A stretch of DNA of 64,000 nt from assembly GCA_050084985.1 (NCBI GenBank), contig JBITNC010000001.1, positions 161,510,001 to 161,574,000 on the forward strand. Direction: 5' to 3'. The translations under genes were made by a program, and so were the position numbers. Positions 15,017 to 29,355 of this stretch are shown here, one piece after another; positions within the stretch are counted from its first letter, which is position 1; the number at the start of each line of letters is the position of its first letter. The notes under the pieces were generated by a model. The model had not been told where the DNA came from. It was given only the letters and a program-made list of their open reading frames with translations, and ran no database searches. The DNA comes from Nageia nagi. Its lineage: Eukaryota; Plantae; Pinophyta.

Positions 15017-15410
15017 TAAAATTAACCATCTATTATAATTAAGTTTATTATTAAATAAATATATAATCTTTTATAAATAAAATATAACTAAAAATTAATA
15101 AAATAAATAATTGTTCATTAGAAAGTAAAATAGTTAGTTAGTTACTTTTTGTAGAGGCTGTGATACAAATATAACGTAGTAATTACGTAGGGCTTTCAAA
15201 AATGTAGAGTAAAATTAACCATCTATTATAATTAAGTTTATTATTAAATAAATATATAATCTTTTATAAATAAAAAGTGAAGCATAAAATATAACTAAAA
15301 ATTAAATAATAAAATAAATAATAGTTCATTAGAAAGTAAAATAGTTAGTTAGTTACTTTTTGTAGAGGCTGTGATACAAATATAATGTGGTAATTACGTA
15401 GGGCTTTCAA
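15017..15410 (+). repeat. Tandem duplication, two ~185-200 bp copies
   Basis: AAAATTAACCATCTATT...GTAGGGCTTTCAAA at ~15017-15200 and ~15211-15410, nearly identical. Confidence 0.92.
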
Positions 15411-16289
15411 AGATCTTCATGTTCTTTTTTAGCATACAATCTAACTCTTTGAATAAAAGAAATATTATGTTCATCTATCCATTTTTCTTTCAAATAATAA
15501 AATTCCTTAGTAAAAAGGAAGATGTGCATATCATGTATCCATTATTTAAAAATAAAATGGTAAAATATAAAAAATAAAGGAAAAAATGCAGTATAAAGAT
15601 AATCAAATAATATGACAACTGTATATTATCATGATTATTGAAATAAGAAAATGCATTCCTTCTCATACAAAAATATAAACTTAATTTTGAAGCATTAATC
15701 TCAACTTTTAAAATGATAATATTAATTAATCAAATTTAGATTCTTTTTTATGATAATTGAATAATTTTAAAAAAATAGATTTTAGGACTATTAAAATAAA
15801 GAAATGTATAGTTATGGCTTAACTTGAAGCATGTCTTATAGATAAATCAGACATAAGTCATATTTTAAGAAGAGAAGCATGTGTAATTTGCAATGGGATT
15901 GAAACATATATGATATGTTTAGTAGAAAACAATACAATTTTGAATTGTTTAGATGAACAAAATATGAGATTAAATAGTTAGTTGTGGAACATGTAACTAA
16001 GGTCAACATGTTAATTTTTTTAAATTGAAAAACATAACCTATAGATGATCAAATATGTGGTTATTGATAAAAAAAAATTTTATCATATAGGTTAAGAAGA
16101 CGTAGGTGTAATAGAAGCTATAAAAAGATGTAGAAAACTCATTAAACATTTTAGAGAATATCATAGTATGATTTACTCATATATTATTTCTCTTAGTTTT
16201 GAATTTTACATAACTTGAAGGAATATGCCTACATTTGGCTATGGGGAAACTAAAATAATATAACTAAGCAAATTTATATTATCATCAAC

Positions 16290-16295
<6 letters not shown>

Positions 16296-16347
<52 letters not shown>
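16296..16347. repeat. (AT)n microsatellite
   Basis: Directly visible. Confidence 0.98.
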
Positions 16348-16350
<3 letters not shown>

Positions 16351-16679
16351 TAGCATGTAAATTTTGTATAAATAAGAAAAAGGTGAAGTTTTACAAAACA
16401 ACTATCTGAAAAAAAAAGAATAGTATTTAGAGTGCTACATTCTCCTTACTACTACTTCTAAATACCTTTACTTAGTTTATGTGTTTAGGTGCAAAACATT
16501 AAGATATACAAAATTCCATCAAGTTGATCCTATCATTTATCTTTTTGAAAACTACTACCCCTCCTTATATACTAGGGGTGTTGGGTCTATCCATCTAATA
16601 AGTTGAAAAATAAACATAATTAACTTTCAAAGAACTGTAAAAAAAACTAACTCATGTTTTAAAGGCTTGAGTTCTTTCC

Positions 16680-18150
16680 CTCCTCCTCCTACTTCTCACT
16701 TTTGACCCTCTTTTGAATCTTGCCTCTTTCAGCATCTTATTGTGTAGTTGTGGGCTCATTGCTCTCTTACAACTTATAATGGGTTCTTTTTCTATTATTT
16801 TTAGAGTGGTTGAATCCGATTATTTGCTTGGTTTTCCTTATGGTTGGTATACAATTTGGCATGCACTATTTTGAGTGTTCTTGTCTTTCTAGGGAACTAC
16901 TAGATCTAGGATTCTAGTATTGAAAGCCTTATTTATCTATTTGATCTTGAACAAGCTAGGGGGAATTTACTCTTCCAAGTCTACTACTTGGAAAATTGAG
17001 AATTCTATTACAATTTTATCTAAGGTCTTTTTATATTGTATGATGTTCCCTATTGTTGGATCAAATAAGCCTCTCAATCTTTGAGACCTTCTCATGGTCC
17101 TAACTCGATGGGCTTCCTAGTCCACTTGTTGACTATTGGTTCAACTTTATTGATTTTGGCCTATTAGATTAAACCCTACATTGCTTAGACTATTGCATTC
17201 TCATTGCATCCTCTCTTTACTCATCATAAATGAAGAGAATATGTTTTCCTAAAATGCATAAAGGAGTCCAATTTTGTGTATGGCATCCATATGATTCTCC
17301 TAGGAGCCACTAGTCACTGGGCTAGGAGTTCTCCCACCCACATTTGGGGGTTCCATACATTATAAATATTCTAGGAAAGTTGTCTATTCTTCTTGAGGTT
17401 TGATATGCTCCTCTTCTTTTGGTCTTGCTTCTATGTGGTCTCCTTCTCCTATTAGGCTCTCCTCACTTGATAATTCCTTCTCCAAAATGAGTTTTTGCTT
17501 ATGTTTGGTTCTTCCTATCCAGGTGGACTCAAAATTGGGCTGATTTACCTTCTTTTCATATCCTTCACTTTGATTTTTACATGGCCCTTATGCTTACATA
17601 TAACTTTCATTCTTTTAGGGGCTAAAATATCATTTCCTTTATTGTTGTTAATTTGAATTCTCCCTCCTTTCAAACCCCATTTGGCTTTAGTCATCATGAG
17701 GGTATCGACTGCTTTAGTCTCCTCTTGGGATTCACTTTGTGAATCACTTTGTGAAGAGTCTTCACCAATTGACTCACTAGAGGAGGTCTCCTTTTCAATT
17801 ATTTTGTTTCTTTTATTTTCCACACTCTTCCTCCTACTTCTCATTAAGTAGGGGCTAGTGCTAGTGTATTTCTCATCCCATTCTAAGTCAAAATTTCTCC
17901 CTTTCTCTTGTTCTTTATCTAAAGCTCTTTTCCCAAGCTCACATACTCTCCATTATATAATTACTTTTACCCTAGGTATTTTACTAGGATTTGAAGCCAT
18001 AGCTCTATCTACAAATAGTTTAATGATAGCTCTATGCAAGGGTAATGTAGCTCTTTCCTATTTCACTTTTTCAACTAAAATTTCCAAAGAATTAAAGATG
18101 AAGAAGGGAAAGTAATACTAAAGGTGAATCCTTAAATGTGGTCACTACTT
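16680..18150 (-). pseudogene. Decayed ORF, probably a retroelement accessory ORF
   Basis: Minus frame PHLRIHL*YYFPFFIFNSLEILVEKVK*ERATLPLHRAIIKLFVD runs into the S/E/K-rich ORF 17545-17844, and MRRSQRLRG appears further on. Composition is coding-like against an AT-rich background. Confidence 0.4.
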
Positions 18151-19359
18151 TGAGAGGGTGAACTCTCTACATCTTATTAATGAAAAATGTAAGAAATAAT
18201 ATTTAATGATATGATGATGATCCAAATAACTTATACTAATACATATTTATGTATTCAAATATTAGTAATATATAAGTGGTAGGTCTTGTTATTCAAGTAT
18301 TCCACCAATGGAGGCCATTTCACCTATCGATGTTAGTATCTTATGTACAACATCTCAAGTATATTTTAAATATTTATTTACATGTATTTATATATTCATC
18401 CATTTATGGATGAATTTATATTCACTCCCCTTTATTTATAAGAATTTCTTATGAATGTGAGGTGTCAATAAAAAATAATATTGCTTTTAGTTATTACATG
18501 TATCCTAAAACTCTAACCCAAGAAAATATTTTCTACTTCTTGAAAGATGTTACATAATTACTAGGATATACATACTTTAATAATCTAAATTTTGGAATTC
18601 CTTTGATTAATTCTATAAATAGATGAAATCTGTAAATATATTATCCCATGATTTATGGAGTAGCTAGTGGTTGTGAAAATATTTTTTCCTTTACTATATC
18701 TTGGTTAGTTTAGTTGTAAATTTCACATTCTTTGATAAAACATTTAATATTTCCTTTATTCCTTATCAAAAGAAGGATTACTTTTACTTACTAAGCTCAA
18801 GAATCACTTATAAAATTTGATTTTTAATACAACAATATTAGGAAAAAAATACTTTATTATCATATCTTAACAACTCATCCCTAATTACCCTCATTCTCTT
18901 TCTCTCTATATATATGTGTATACAAGTACACACACATATAATTAAGGTCATTTTTAACCACCTTTAAAGGATATTTTCCAACCATTGTCTATCTAGGCAT
19001 TGTTAAAAAATCAATTTTTCAAACAATATCATCATTTATATCTATCATGGTGGTTAACAATTACCCTAATAAGTTTTTGAAGGGATAGTTATTAAGAACC
19101 ATACTTTATAAGGTATCATAAAATAGTTCATCACTATGAGGGTGATTTTAAACTAGGAGGGTAGTTATAAACTATCATTTTTTTATTGATAGGGTAAATT
19201 TTATTAATAAAAAATAATCAAGTTTTGAAATGTTAGATATGGCTTATCCTTTGGGAATTTGCCTAAGATTCACCATATTTACATATGGTGTTGGTGGAAT
19301 TTTCAAGGTTTTATCTTAGTATGAGGATGGGTGGCTTAATCTATGGCTTTCTAATACCA

Positions 19360-19596
19360 TGTTGTGGTTTAGGTTTGAGGGTTTTCTTATATATTCATTG
19401 CAATGGGCCATTTATGGTAAATTATTCATTACAAACAATAATATAGAAGGAGAAGAAACTCTTGACATGCTAGAGTAGCCCACATTGAGTGAACAAGGGT
19501 AAATCTTGTATGTTCCTTATATTTATGAGATTGTTGTATTTTGATTAATATATTTTTATAGTATAATTTTATAATAGGTTTAGATAATACTTGTCA
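19360..19596 (+). repeat. Putative 5' LTR of the copia element (single copy)
   Basis: TG...CA ends, an internal GTAGCCCACATTGAGTGAAC..GTAAATCTTG motif typical of copia LTRs, followed by the PBS. The left edge is uncertain. Confidence 0.6.
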
Positions 19597-19754
19597 TCTA
19601 GCATCAAAGATGAGGATTTTTACCTATAGAGGGACACCTTTATTGCTAAGGTTCAATTCATTTGAAGAGGATCTAGGGTTTCTAGGTATTTTAGAAAACC
19701 TATTCTTGAGTGGGGGCTCCATTTAGAAAAATCTTTAAGAAGAAAAATATCTAG

Positions 19755-22742
19755 ATGTCAATCAATGATTGAGATTGAAAATTTTTATGAAAAAAGCTTT
19801 GAGTTATAGAAGCTAAAGATTGAGGATTTGCTCATAGATAGAGATCTATGGTTTATTTTCTTTGAAAAAGAAACCATATAGTACTTCCAATAAAGATTGG
19901 AAGAAACTAAATCAAAAAGTAAAGAGCTTGATCTAGTTGGCTCTTGTTGATTAAAATTTCTAGAGAAAAGACTTCAAAGGCTCTCTAGGAGAAGTTGGAG
20001 GCTTTGTATCAACATAAGTCCCTAGTTAACAAACTTTTCCTCATGAAGAAATTGTATAATATTTTAATGTATGAGGGTGATTTGGTAGCATATCATATCA
20101 ATGCTTTCAATATTATAGTGAGCCAACTTCAATCTATTGATGTTAAGATTGCAAAAGAAGATAAATGCATTGTATCAATATGCCCTCTATAAGATTCATG
20201 GGATAATTTGGTTGTAGTATTTGTGAGTAATTCTTTCAATTATACTTTGAAGATGTGGTGGAATATTTTTCATTAGAGGATTTGGGGAGAAGATCCATGG
20301 AGGGAAAATAAAATGATTCCCTAATGGTAAGAGGATGTATAAAGGAAATAGAGAAATCAATATCTGGTGATAGATCAAAATATAAAGGTAAATATGGTGG
20401 TAGATCTTAGTCTTGAGGTATATCTGGTCCTAGATGTTAGAGTTATGGCAAGATTAGCCATTTGAAGAGAGATTGTAAATCTAGGGAAGAGATATGATGA
20501 ATCCACTTTTGTAAAAGATAATAAATCCAATAATAAAATTGGGGATGCATATTTAGCATCATGCTCTACTAGATCATATCAAAATAATTAGGTAATTAAT
20601 ATGGGATCCTCTTTTTATATGACTCTTTATAAAGAGTGGTTTGTGAATATAAATAATATAATAAAGGGGCAATATTATTAGGAGATGATGGTCCTTTTGA
20701 AATAATTGGTCATGGAAGGGTGAAAATAAAGTTTCATGATGGTAGAGTAAGAACCCTCCTAGGTATGGCACACATTCATCATTTTACTAGAAATTTATTT
20801 TTTGTAAGTAAGATAGTCGATGCAAATGTATATTTTAGTCTCAATAAAGCTGAATGTAAATTGGTTCATGGATTAATGGTGTTGTCATGAGGGGTTCTAT
20901 ATGGAACCTTGTATAGGATTTTGATAAGCACCATGTTATCTTAGTATAATAGTGCATCTATTTATATGGTTAAATTAGATGGAACTTTGGTTGATTTGTC
21001 AACACTTTGGAATCAAAGAATGGGACATATTGGATAGAAAGGATTGTAGACATTATATAAAAAAGGTATGATTGAAATTTCTTGATTGCTCTATGGGTTT
21101 TGATTTCTATAAGAATTATATTTATGGTAAGAAGAAACATATGAGTTTCCCATATGGTGCTACAACATGGAGTTTATATTTGGTCCATAGTGATGTTTTT
21201 GGTCCTTCATCCCTTGGAAAATAACAATACTATGTTTCTTTTATTGATAATTTTTTGATATATTCATGCATCTATTTTCTCAAGAGCAAAGCTAAAGTGT
21301 TTGAAAAAATTAAAGAATTTAAAGTACTTATTTAGAATGAAAGTAGAAACAAAATAAAGGTGTTGAGAAGTGATAATGTAGGAGAATATTATTCAAACAA
21401 TTTTGATGAATTATGTAAAAAATATAGTATCACATGGCAAAAGACTACTCCATATTCACCTCAACATAATGGAGTTGCTAAGGGATTGAATAAATATATT
21501 ATGGAAAAGGCAAGGATCATGCTCAATAGTAATAGATTGGTACAAGAATTCTAGGCAAAATTAGTCAATATAACATGCTACATGTTAAATCAATCTCTTA
21601 CATAAGCTTTTCCTTAACAAAATCCATTTGAAGCACTTTTTGGTAAGAAACCCTCCCTATCACTTATTAAAGTTTTTTTTATAATGAATTCATTCATAAT
21701 GCAAAGGAAAAAAAAAGGATTAAGCTTTACAACAAGGCTATTAAGTGTATGTTTATTGGTTATAAAGATCATGTTAAAAGTTATAAGCTTTGGAATCTAG
21801 AAACTAAGAGTATTTCCTACAGTAGAGATGTGGTGTTTAGCGAATTGAAAAATGATCCCAAGAATAAAGTAACACCAAAAGAAACAAAAAAAGGTGTATT
21901 TTGAGTTGATGGAAGATGATCCCTACTCAATAGAAGAAGAATAAGAGGATGAACCAAAGTTTCATACACCAATGTTAAGGAGATCAACATATGAAAGAAG
22001 GTAACTTGAAAGGTATAGCCCACCTAATTTTTGTTCTTCTTTTGTTTTATGTATTACTCATGAAGATCCTAGAACTATTGAAGAAGCAATTAATTTTGAA
22101 GAGGAAAGTATTTGGGAAGAGGCCGTGAATGAAGAAATGAACTCTTTAGATAGGAACAAGATATGGGATCTAGTAGAATTATCTGCTAAAAGAAAGGTAA
22201 TTTGGTGATAATGTGTCTTCAACAAGAAGTAGAATGCTGAAGGAAAAATGGAAAAATATAAAACCTACCTTATTGTTAAAGGTTATTCATAGGTAGAAGG
22301 AATTAACTATGGTGAGATAATTTCTCTTGTTGTAAAGTTAATCTTAATAAGATGTCTTTTTTCTATCATTATTGCATTTGATATGGAAATAGAGAAACTA
22401 GAGTAAAAAATGCATTCCTTCATGGGGAATTGGAGGAGGAAACTTATATAAAATTTCGTCTTGAATGATTTGTTGAGGTAGGAAAGGAAGATCTTATTTT
22501 TAAGTTAAAAAAACCTTTGTATGGATTGAAATAGTCACCTAGGATGTGATATCAAAAATTTGATACTTATATTTTAGGACTTGGTTTTATTTGTAGCAAT
22601 GTTGAATATTGTATATACATAAAGGAAGTTGGTAATGAATTTGTTTGCATAATTTTGTATATTGATGATATGTTACTAATTGGAAATAGTAGTAAAATGA
22701 TTAGTGTTATGAAGTCTTTGTTAGAATAACAATTTGATAAGA
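19755..22742 (+). pseudogene. copia gag-pol (gag, zinc knuckle, protease, integrase, partial RT)
   Basis: IEIENF..FEL*KLKIEDLL; C*SYGKISHLKRDC; LWNQRMGH; LVHSDVFGP; LRSDNVGEY; TPYSPQHNGVA; EDPRTIEEA; AFLHGELEEE; LYIDDMLL. Many stops and frameshifts. Confidence 0.92.
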
Positions 22743-22800
22743 AACATTCATATATAAATATAGTGAAACAACTTGTATTATTTGCTAATGAATCCTTATA

Positions 22801-25800
22801 TGTAATATCATATGATAGTTCTATTTCATGGTTATTTTTAATAATAGAATATTTTTTTATCCTTATGGTATCTATTTACTATTACAAATCATTTATCATA
22901 AAATTCAAGACATAAATTCATAATAGTAAAATCATATACCCATATTCTTACTAATGTTTTAGACAATATGTAAACCTTATGAATTTATAAAGAAGGAAAT
23001 TATAAACAATAAAGGATTTAATTTCTATATTCATACTATATATATTATCCAACATGTAAGAAATTGAAATAATATGAAACCCTTATGAATTTCTCAACAA
23101 GGTATTTCATAGTAAGTAGATATTCTCATATACATAGCTCAACATAAATCTATATGAGATAACAAGAAATGCTAATAAGATTTATAGAGAACTCTTCTAG
23201 CTTACTTGAAGGGTTTGAACAACTAAATCAAATTCAAAGTACCCTAACAAAACAAGTCTTTTCTCTAACTCAAGTTTTTCACAGATATCCAACAAGAACT
23301 CCCTATTTAAAATAGGATTTTTTTATATTGAATCTATAACCAATGGATATCAACTTCTACTAAATGGAAAGCAATCTAAATCATTTAAGACAAGTTCCAT
23401 CACTACTTATCTTAAAAGTTTTAAAGGATGAGAATTTTTTCCTAAATTTATCTCAACTCCTCCAATTTAAAGCCATCATGCACATCATGAAGATATGTGG
23501 TTTTCCCTACAACCTCAAAGTTTATCACAATACCATGAAACATCATGATTATGGTTAGTACCTTTCTCATATGTACCCATTGATGACATAGGGTTTACTT
23601 ACTATAAAATCTAGCTACTTGATGACCTATAACTAGCACTAAGTTGCCAAATGCTAACTTCTTCCTCTTAAATCAATCATTTCTAATTACCCTAAACAAA
23701 AAAACTAATTTCAAGTTCAAGTATCTCCACCATTTATATCATCTACATGTATTTAAGATCATGGATTCTTTCAAAGCCTCAAAATATTTTAGAAAAGCAT
23801 TTAAATTTCATCAATATGAGTCACTCAAGTTTCCTCATATCAACATCCAAGGAAGGTTCTTGAATTTTCCTATGTATCCAAAGCTTAGACCATGATACAC
23901 TAGCAAACACCATAGTAACAATCCCCTACCTCTCTCAATTAACATCTTAGGTCTTAGTTTATTAGGTTTAGGTTTTATTATTCATGCCTTAGTGATTCAA
24001 GCTTTAGATTTTAGGTTTATTTCTTAGTAATTATATATTAAGTGTTTAGTATTAGGTCTTTAGGCTAGTTAGGACTAGTTACTATTATTAGTATTTATGT
24101 TTAGTTAGAATTAATTATTAGTCTATTAAATAATAACATTAGTGATTAGGTTTCTCATTAATTTCTTAGTGCTTTAGGCTTTAGGATAAGCCTATCATTT
24201 TGTTATTGAAGAACTAATATTTTATTTTTATTTTTCTTTTTGCATGCATGATGGTAGGATTATGTTTGCTATCCAATGCATATGATTTTATGATACATTT
24301 AAATGCAAAACCTATTTAACTATGTTCACATTCTTAAGATAATGCAGACTCATGCTTCCATGATGCTTTCCAAGATGAGATAAAATAATGCAAATATTCA
24401 ACGTCACAAATTCAAGTTTTAATTTTTATTCTATGCAATTATGGTTCAAACAATGATTCAAGTTTAATGCCATGTCTGCTAAAATATGCAAGTATTCTAG
24501 CAAGAATCAATCTTTCATGCTTTCATGATAATGCAAATTAAAAATACAAATCCAAGTATGCAAAGTGAAGTATTAGTGATACAAAATATTGTTCATATGA
24601 CATGATTGATAATTCATTATCCCCATGCTCATGTATGATCTAATCATGATATGTCCTACAAAATGGAAATTTATCAACAACACTTGTATTCTTCATGATA
24701 TGAAAAATATCATATGGATCATGTAATAAAATAACATCATATATTTATGATATAAAATCCATAAAACAATATGAATAACATTCAATCTTTAAACATGATC
24801 ATCACACCATAATTAAGATCATATTTCTATAATAGTTATAATTCTAAGTGTATCAGGATTGCAATTATGTGGACCATGATAAATTCTTTGTTTAACTATT
24901 TTTTTTTTTAAGTTTGTTAAGTTATCTAAAGTTCAAATCCTTAGAAAATTATTTATTTATGAAATCCAATTATTTCTTTTTTTAACATGTTCATGAAATT
25001 ATAATTAACTTAATTAATCCATAATGAAAGCATTAAAACTACTTACTTTGGTATTATCTTAAAATGATTACTATTTTTCATACATTAAATATTATTATCA
25101 TGCATGGTAATTCAATTTTGTATAAATATTTTAATTCATAGTTGCCTTAGGTTCCTTTTCCATATGGTACTTTTGGGAATCCATTTGAATGTAATTAATT
25201 TAATGCCCACTAATGTATTTCATAATGTATGATTTCATAATTCAAATGTCTTTTATATGGATCATATTCTTTCATATCTATTCATCAACATAAGTTAAGT
25301 ATTTGAAATCCATGACCTACAACATTATCAATTAATAAATAAAAATGATTATATAATAAAATATGTTCAACTTTCAATGTATATATTTCTTACTATATTT
25401 ATTAAAAACAATTATTCAATAATATACAATTAGTTTAAGTTTTATTATGTGATTATTGTCTATCACTCTTTTTATTTCATTAGAGGTATAAAAGGAGGAA
25501 CATGGCATGGAAATCCCTATCATATATTTTTGATAGGTGGATTGAGTACATATCAAAATAGGATTTGTTATGCTCTCTTGGTATTGAATATTTTCTATTT
25601 TATATGCATGATATGATATTATAAGGACATCATCGACGAAGTTGATCTACTCCTATAAAAATATTAATATTATTTTTACTATATAAATGAAGGATAGATT
25701 CAAGTATAAATAATCATATAGATCCAAACATTGGATATCTTAACATCACTCCTTGTGCATATCATTTGATCCACTTTACTCCCAATCATATATCTTAAGG

Positions 25801-25984
25801 ATTTCTATTATTCAAGTACACACATTCTTGATTATATTAGTTATGTCTTATATGCCATTAAACTCATTCATATATTATATTTAATTATGTTTATTTATTT
25901 ATTATAAATCATTATTTACATACTAAAATTTTGGAATCATCCTTTATTTTTTTTAACAAACCCTAGGTGTATTTTGATATTACA
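22801..25984 (+). repeat. Putative LTR, 3184 bp
   Basis: Begins TGTAATATCA and ends TGATATTACA (exact reverse complement); followed by the PBS-like motif and a gag ATG ~105 bp later. Confidence 0.65.
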
Positions 25985-26090
25985 TTTTTTGTGGAGAGTA
26001 AACTTAATTTTAGTCATAAATCTATTTGAGTTTTTCTTTCTTATACTCCCTAAAATTTGATATCTTTTAGGGAAATAAAAATATTATACC

Positions 26091-26450
26091 ATGGTATTTT
26101 ATGCATTTATTCTTGAAGATGCATTTCCTTTGGAAGACTAACCTTATATTGCTAAATCTATAAGTAATATTTAGTTTAATTTAGTATGAATAAATCTTAG
26201 AAAAAATAACATTGAAATGCAATAAACTTTTTAAGAACCAATAGAAGTAGAAGAAGAAGAGATAATTGAACATATAAATGATTCAAATATACTATCTAAG
26301 TTGCTTAGTCATAGTTTAAAAGATGGATTATTGAAATGGTACTTTTGTATCCTTGAAATATGTATTGATAGCTACAAGTCTCTTGTTAGAACAATTGTAG
26401 AATATTTTAAGTATAATACTAAAATATATGAGATACTTAAATATTTCAAT
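26091..26450 (+). pseudogene. gag, 5' part
   Basis: KLLSHSLKDGLLKWYFCILEICIDSYKSLVRTIVEYFKYN matches the Retrotrans_gag core pattern (LF..SL...A..W...L....I.S...L...F...F). Confidence 0.75.
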
Positions 26451-26525
26451 GCTAATACTAATACTAATATAATACTAATAATAATAATAATAATAAAACT
26501 ACCATTTCATTAAATCTAGATTTAT

Positions 26526-29293
26526 TTTAGTCTAGGATGATAATAATAATGGTATATATTAGTTTCGAAGGTTATCATAATTGGATTTCATAATTAGCTC
26601 TCTACATAAACATAGACTATATTTGTAAGATTGTGGATCCTCCTAAACCCTCACCCATCAATATATAAAAAATAAATATTTTTTATTATGGGGTAAAAAT
26701 TGCAGGTTTTGAAATGGTCTTGATCCATTTTGAACATAATATAACAATATATAAGAATCAATACAAATCATATTACAAAATGCAATAGAGAGAAAAAATC
26801 ATCCTAGTAATCAAAATGAAGATTGCTAACAAAACAAATATGAAAAGATCCAACTAGAGCATCTTCTTGAGAGATTTCCTAATTTTCTTGATTCATTTTG
26901 GAAATTCTTCTAGAAGCCTAAATTTCATAGTGACTATGAATATCTTCATATCTTTATTGAAGTAGTATTCAATTCTATTTGAATTTCATGGATAATTTGA
27001 GAATTAAATTTAAATAAGAATTAAAATATTTACGTAATTATCAAATTTGAATAGTTGAATACTAACAATTTACATGATACTATCACTTTTAATTTTTATT
27101 TATATTTCACATGAATGCATGATTATTAAACAATTCAAAGAGAAAAAAAAATTTTTTGCAAGTGATAATATAAACGTGGTCATAAATTTGTAAATAAGTA
27201 ATCAAAATTATCTTGTTTATGAATTGAATGTAGAACACCATTCATATAGAATATTAGTAGTTATTTTTTTGCACAATTGAATGATTTAGAAAAAAATACA
27301 TTTAAAAAAATGTTTAATAAACATACTAATGAAATATATTTAAAAATATTGAACATTTTCAAATAATGAAGCACTACAATTTCTAGTCTAAGCTAATAAT
27401 AATAATGGTATAAATCGCATTCCAAAGTCATCATAATTAGATTTCAACATTGGTATAATTAGTTTACAAAGTTATTGTAATTATATTTTATAATTAGTTA
27501 TCTATATAAACATAGACCATGTTTGTAAGGTTGTGGGTCTTCCTAGACCCTCACCCATCAATTTACCAAAACTAAAAATATTTTTTTATTACAAGGTAAA
27601 AAGTGTAGGTTTTGAAATTGTCCTTGTCTACTTTGTGCAAAATGTAGCAATATAGGAGAATCAATACAAATTAGACTACAAAATGTAGCAAAGAGAAAAA
27701 ATTACCGTAGTAATAAAATGAGGAGTGCAAACACAAAAAAGATGACAAGATCCAACTAGAGAATAATCTTGAGATATTTTCTAATTTTCTTGATTCATTT
27801 TCAAAGGTCTTTCGGGAGCCTAAAATTTAGAGTTATTATGAATATCTTTATATCTTCATTGAATTAATATTCAATTCTATTTAAATTTCATGGATAATTT
27901 AAAAACTAAATTTAAGGAACCATATAAATATTTACACAATTTTCAAATTTGAATAGGTAAATACTAAAAATTTACATGATATTATCACTTGTAATTTTTA
28001 TTTATATTTCACATGAATGTGGATGTATAAATAGTGCAAACTTTATTTTTTCTCTTTTAATTGTTTAATAATCATTCATAGATCAAGAAATCCTTTCAAA
28101 GCTAATAAAATTGACCATAAATTTGCAAATAAGTAATAAAAATAATCTTGTCCATGAATTGCTTGTAGAACTCCATTCATTTAGAAAATTAGTAGTTGAT
28201 ATTTTTTTGCATAATTAAATGATTTAGAAAAAAGGACATTTAAAAAATATTTAATAAACATAATAATATAGATAGTGATCGCATACTAATGAAATATATT
28301 TAAAAATATTGAATATTTTCAAATAATGAAACACTACACATTCTAGTCTAAGCTAATAATAATAATAATATATGACTTTACAAAGTTATCATAATTAGAT
28401 TTCAATATTGGTATAATTAGTTTACAAAGTTATCATAATTATATTTTATAATTAATTCTCTTCATAAACGTAGACCATATTTGTAAGGTTGTGGGTCCTC
28501 CTAAACCCTAACCCATCAATATATAAAAAATAAAAATGTTTTTTTATTATAAGGTAAAATGTGCAAGTTTTGAAATGGTCCTTGTATATTTTTTATAAAA
28601 TGTACCAATATAGGAGAATCAATACAAATCAGACTACAAAATGTAATAGAGAGAAAAAAGTACCCTAGTAATAAAATGAGGAGTGCTAGCAAAACATAGA
28701 CGAGAAGAGCTAACAAGAGCTATCTTCTTAATACATTTCCTAATTTTCTTGATTCATTTTGGAAGGTCTTTCGAAAGCTTAAAATTTAGACTAATTATGA
28801 ATATCTTCATATCTTCAGTGAAGTATTATTCAATTCTATTTAAATTTCATGAATAATTTAAAAACTAAATTTAAGTAACCATTAAATATTTACATAATTT
28901 TCAAATTTTAGTAGTTGAATATAAATAATCTACATAATATTACCACTTGTAATTTGTATTTATATTTCACATAAATGTGAATGTACAAATAGTGTAAAAT
29001 TTATTTTTTCTATTTAAATTGTTTAATAATTGTGCATAGATTAGGAACTCCTTTCAAAGATAATAAACTTGGCCATAAATTTATCAATAAGTAATCAACA
29101 TCATCTTGTCCATGAATTGCATGTAGAATTCCATTCATATATAATATTAGTACTTGATTTTTCTCAACAATTGAATGATTTGAAGAAAAATAGAATTATA
29201 AAAAATTTAATAAACATAATAATATAGATAATGATCACATACCAATGAAAATATATAAAATATTGAACATTTTAAAATAATGAAGAACTACAC
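26526..29293. repeat. Subterminal tandem array, three units of ~855-960 bp
   Basis: Units start at ~26526, 27381 and 28341 (TCTAGTCTAAGCTAATAAT-like). Shared landmarks include CATAGAC(T/C)AT.TTTGTAAG.TTGTGG and CTAATTTTCTTGATTCATTTT. Confidence 0.92.
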
Positions 29294-29355
29294 TTATATT
29301 GAAATATCATAATTTTGACCTAAATATGTCATACACATCATGTATAATTTGAAAA

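Larger units (their letters stand above)
19360..22742 (+). mobile_element. Ty1/copia retrotransposon (Tork/Tnt1-like), 3'-truncated within RT
   Basis: LTR-like segment 19360-19596, degenerate PBS TAGCATCAAAGA at 19599-19610, then gag-PR-IN-RT motifs in copia order. Confidence 0.88.

Noticed and set aside
18940-19180. AACCACC/AGGGTAGTT motifs resembling CACTA subterminal repeats
   Set aside because: Too degenerate, and no terminal CACTA or TSD was found.
23946-24195. TTAGG/TTTAGG-rich stretch as interstitial telomere
   Set aside because: No true tandem TTTAGGG array; it is low-complexity sequence inside the putative LTR.
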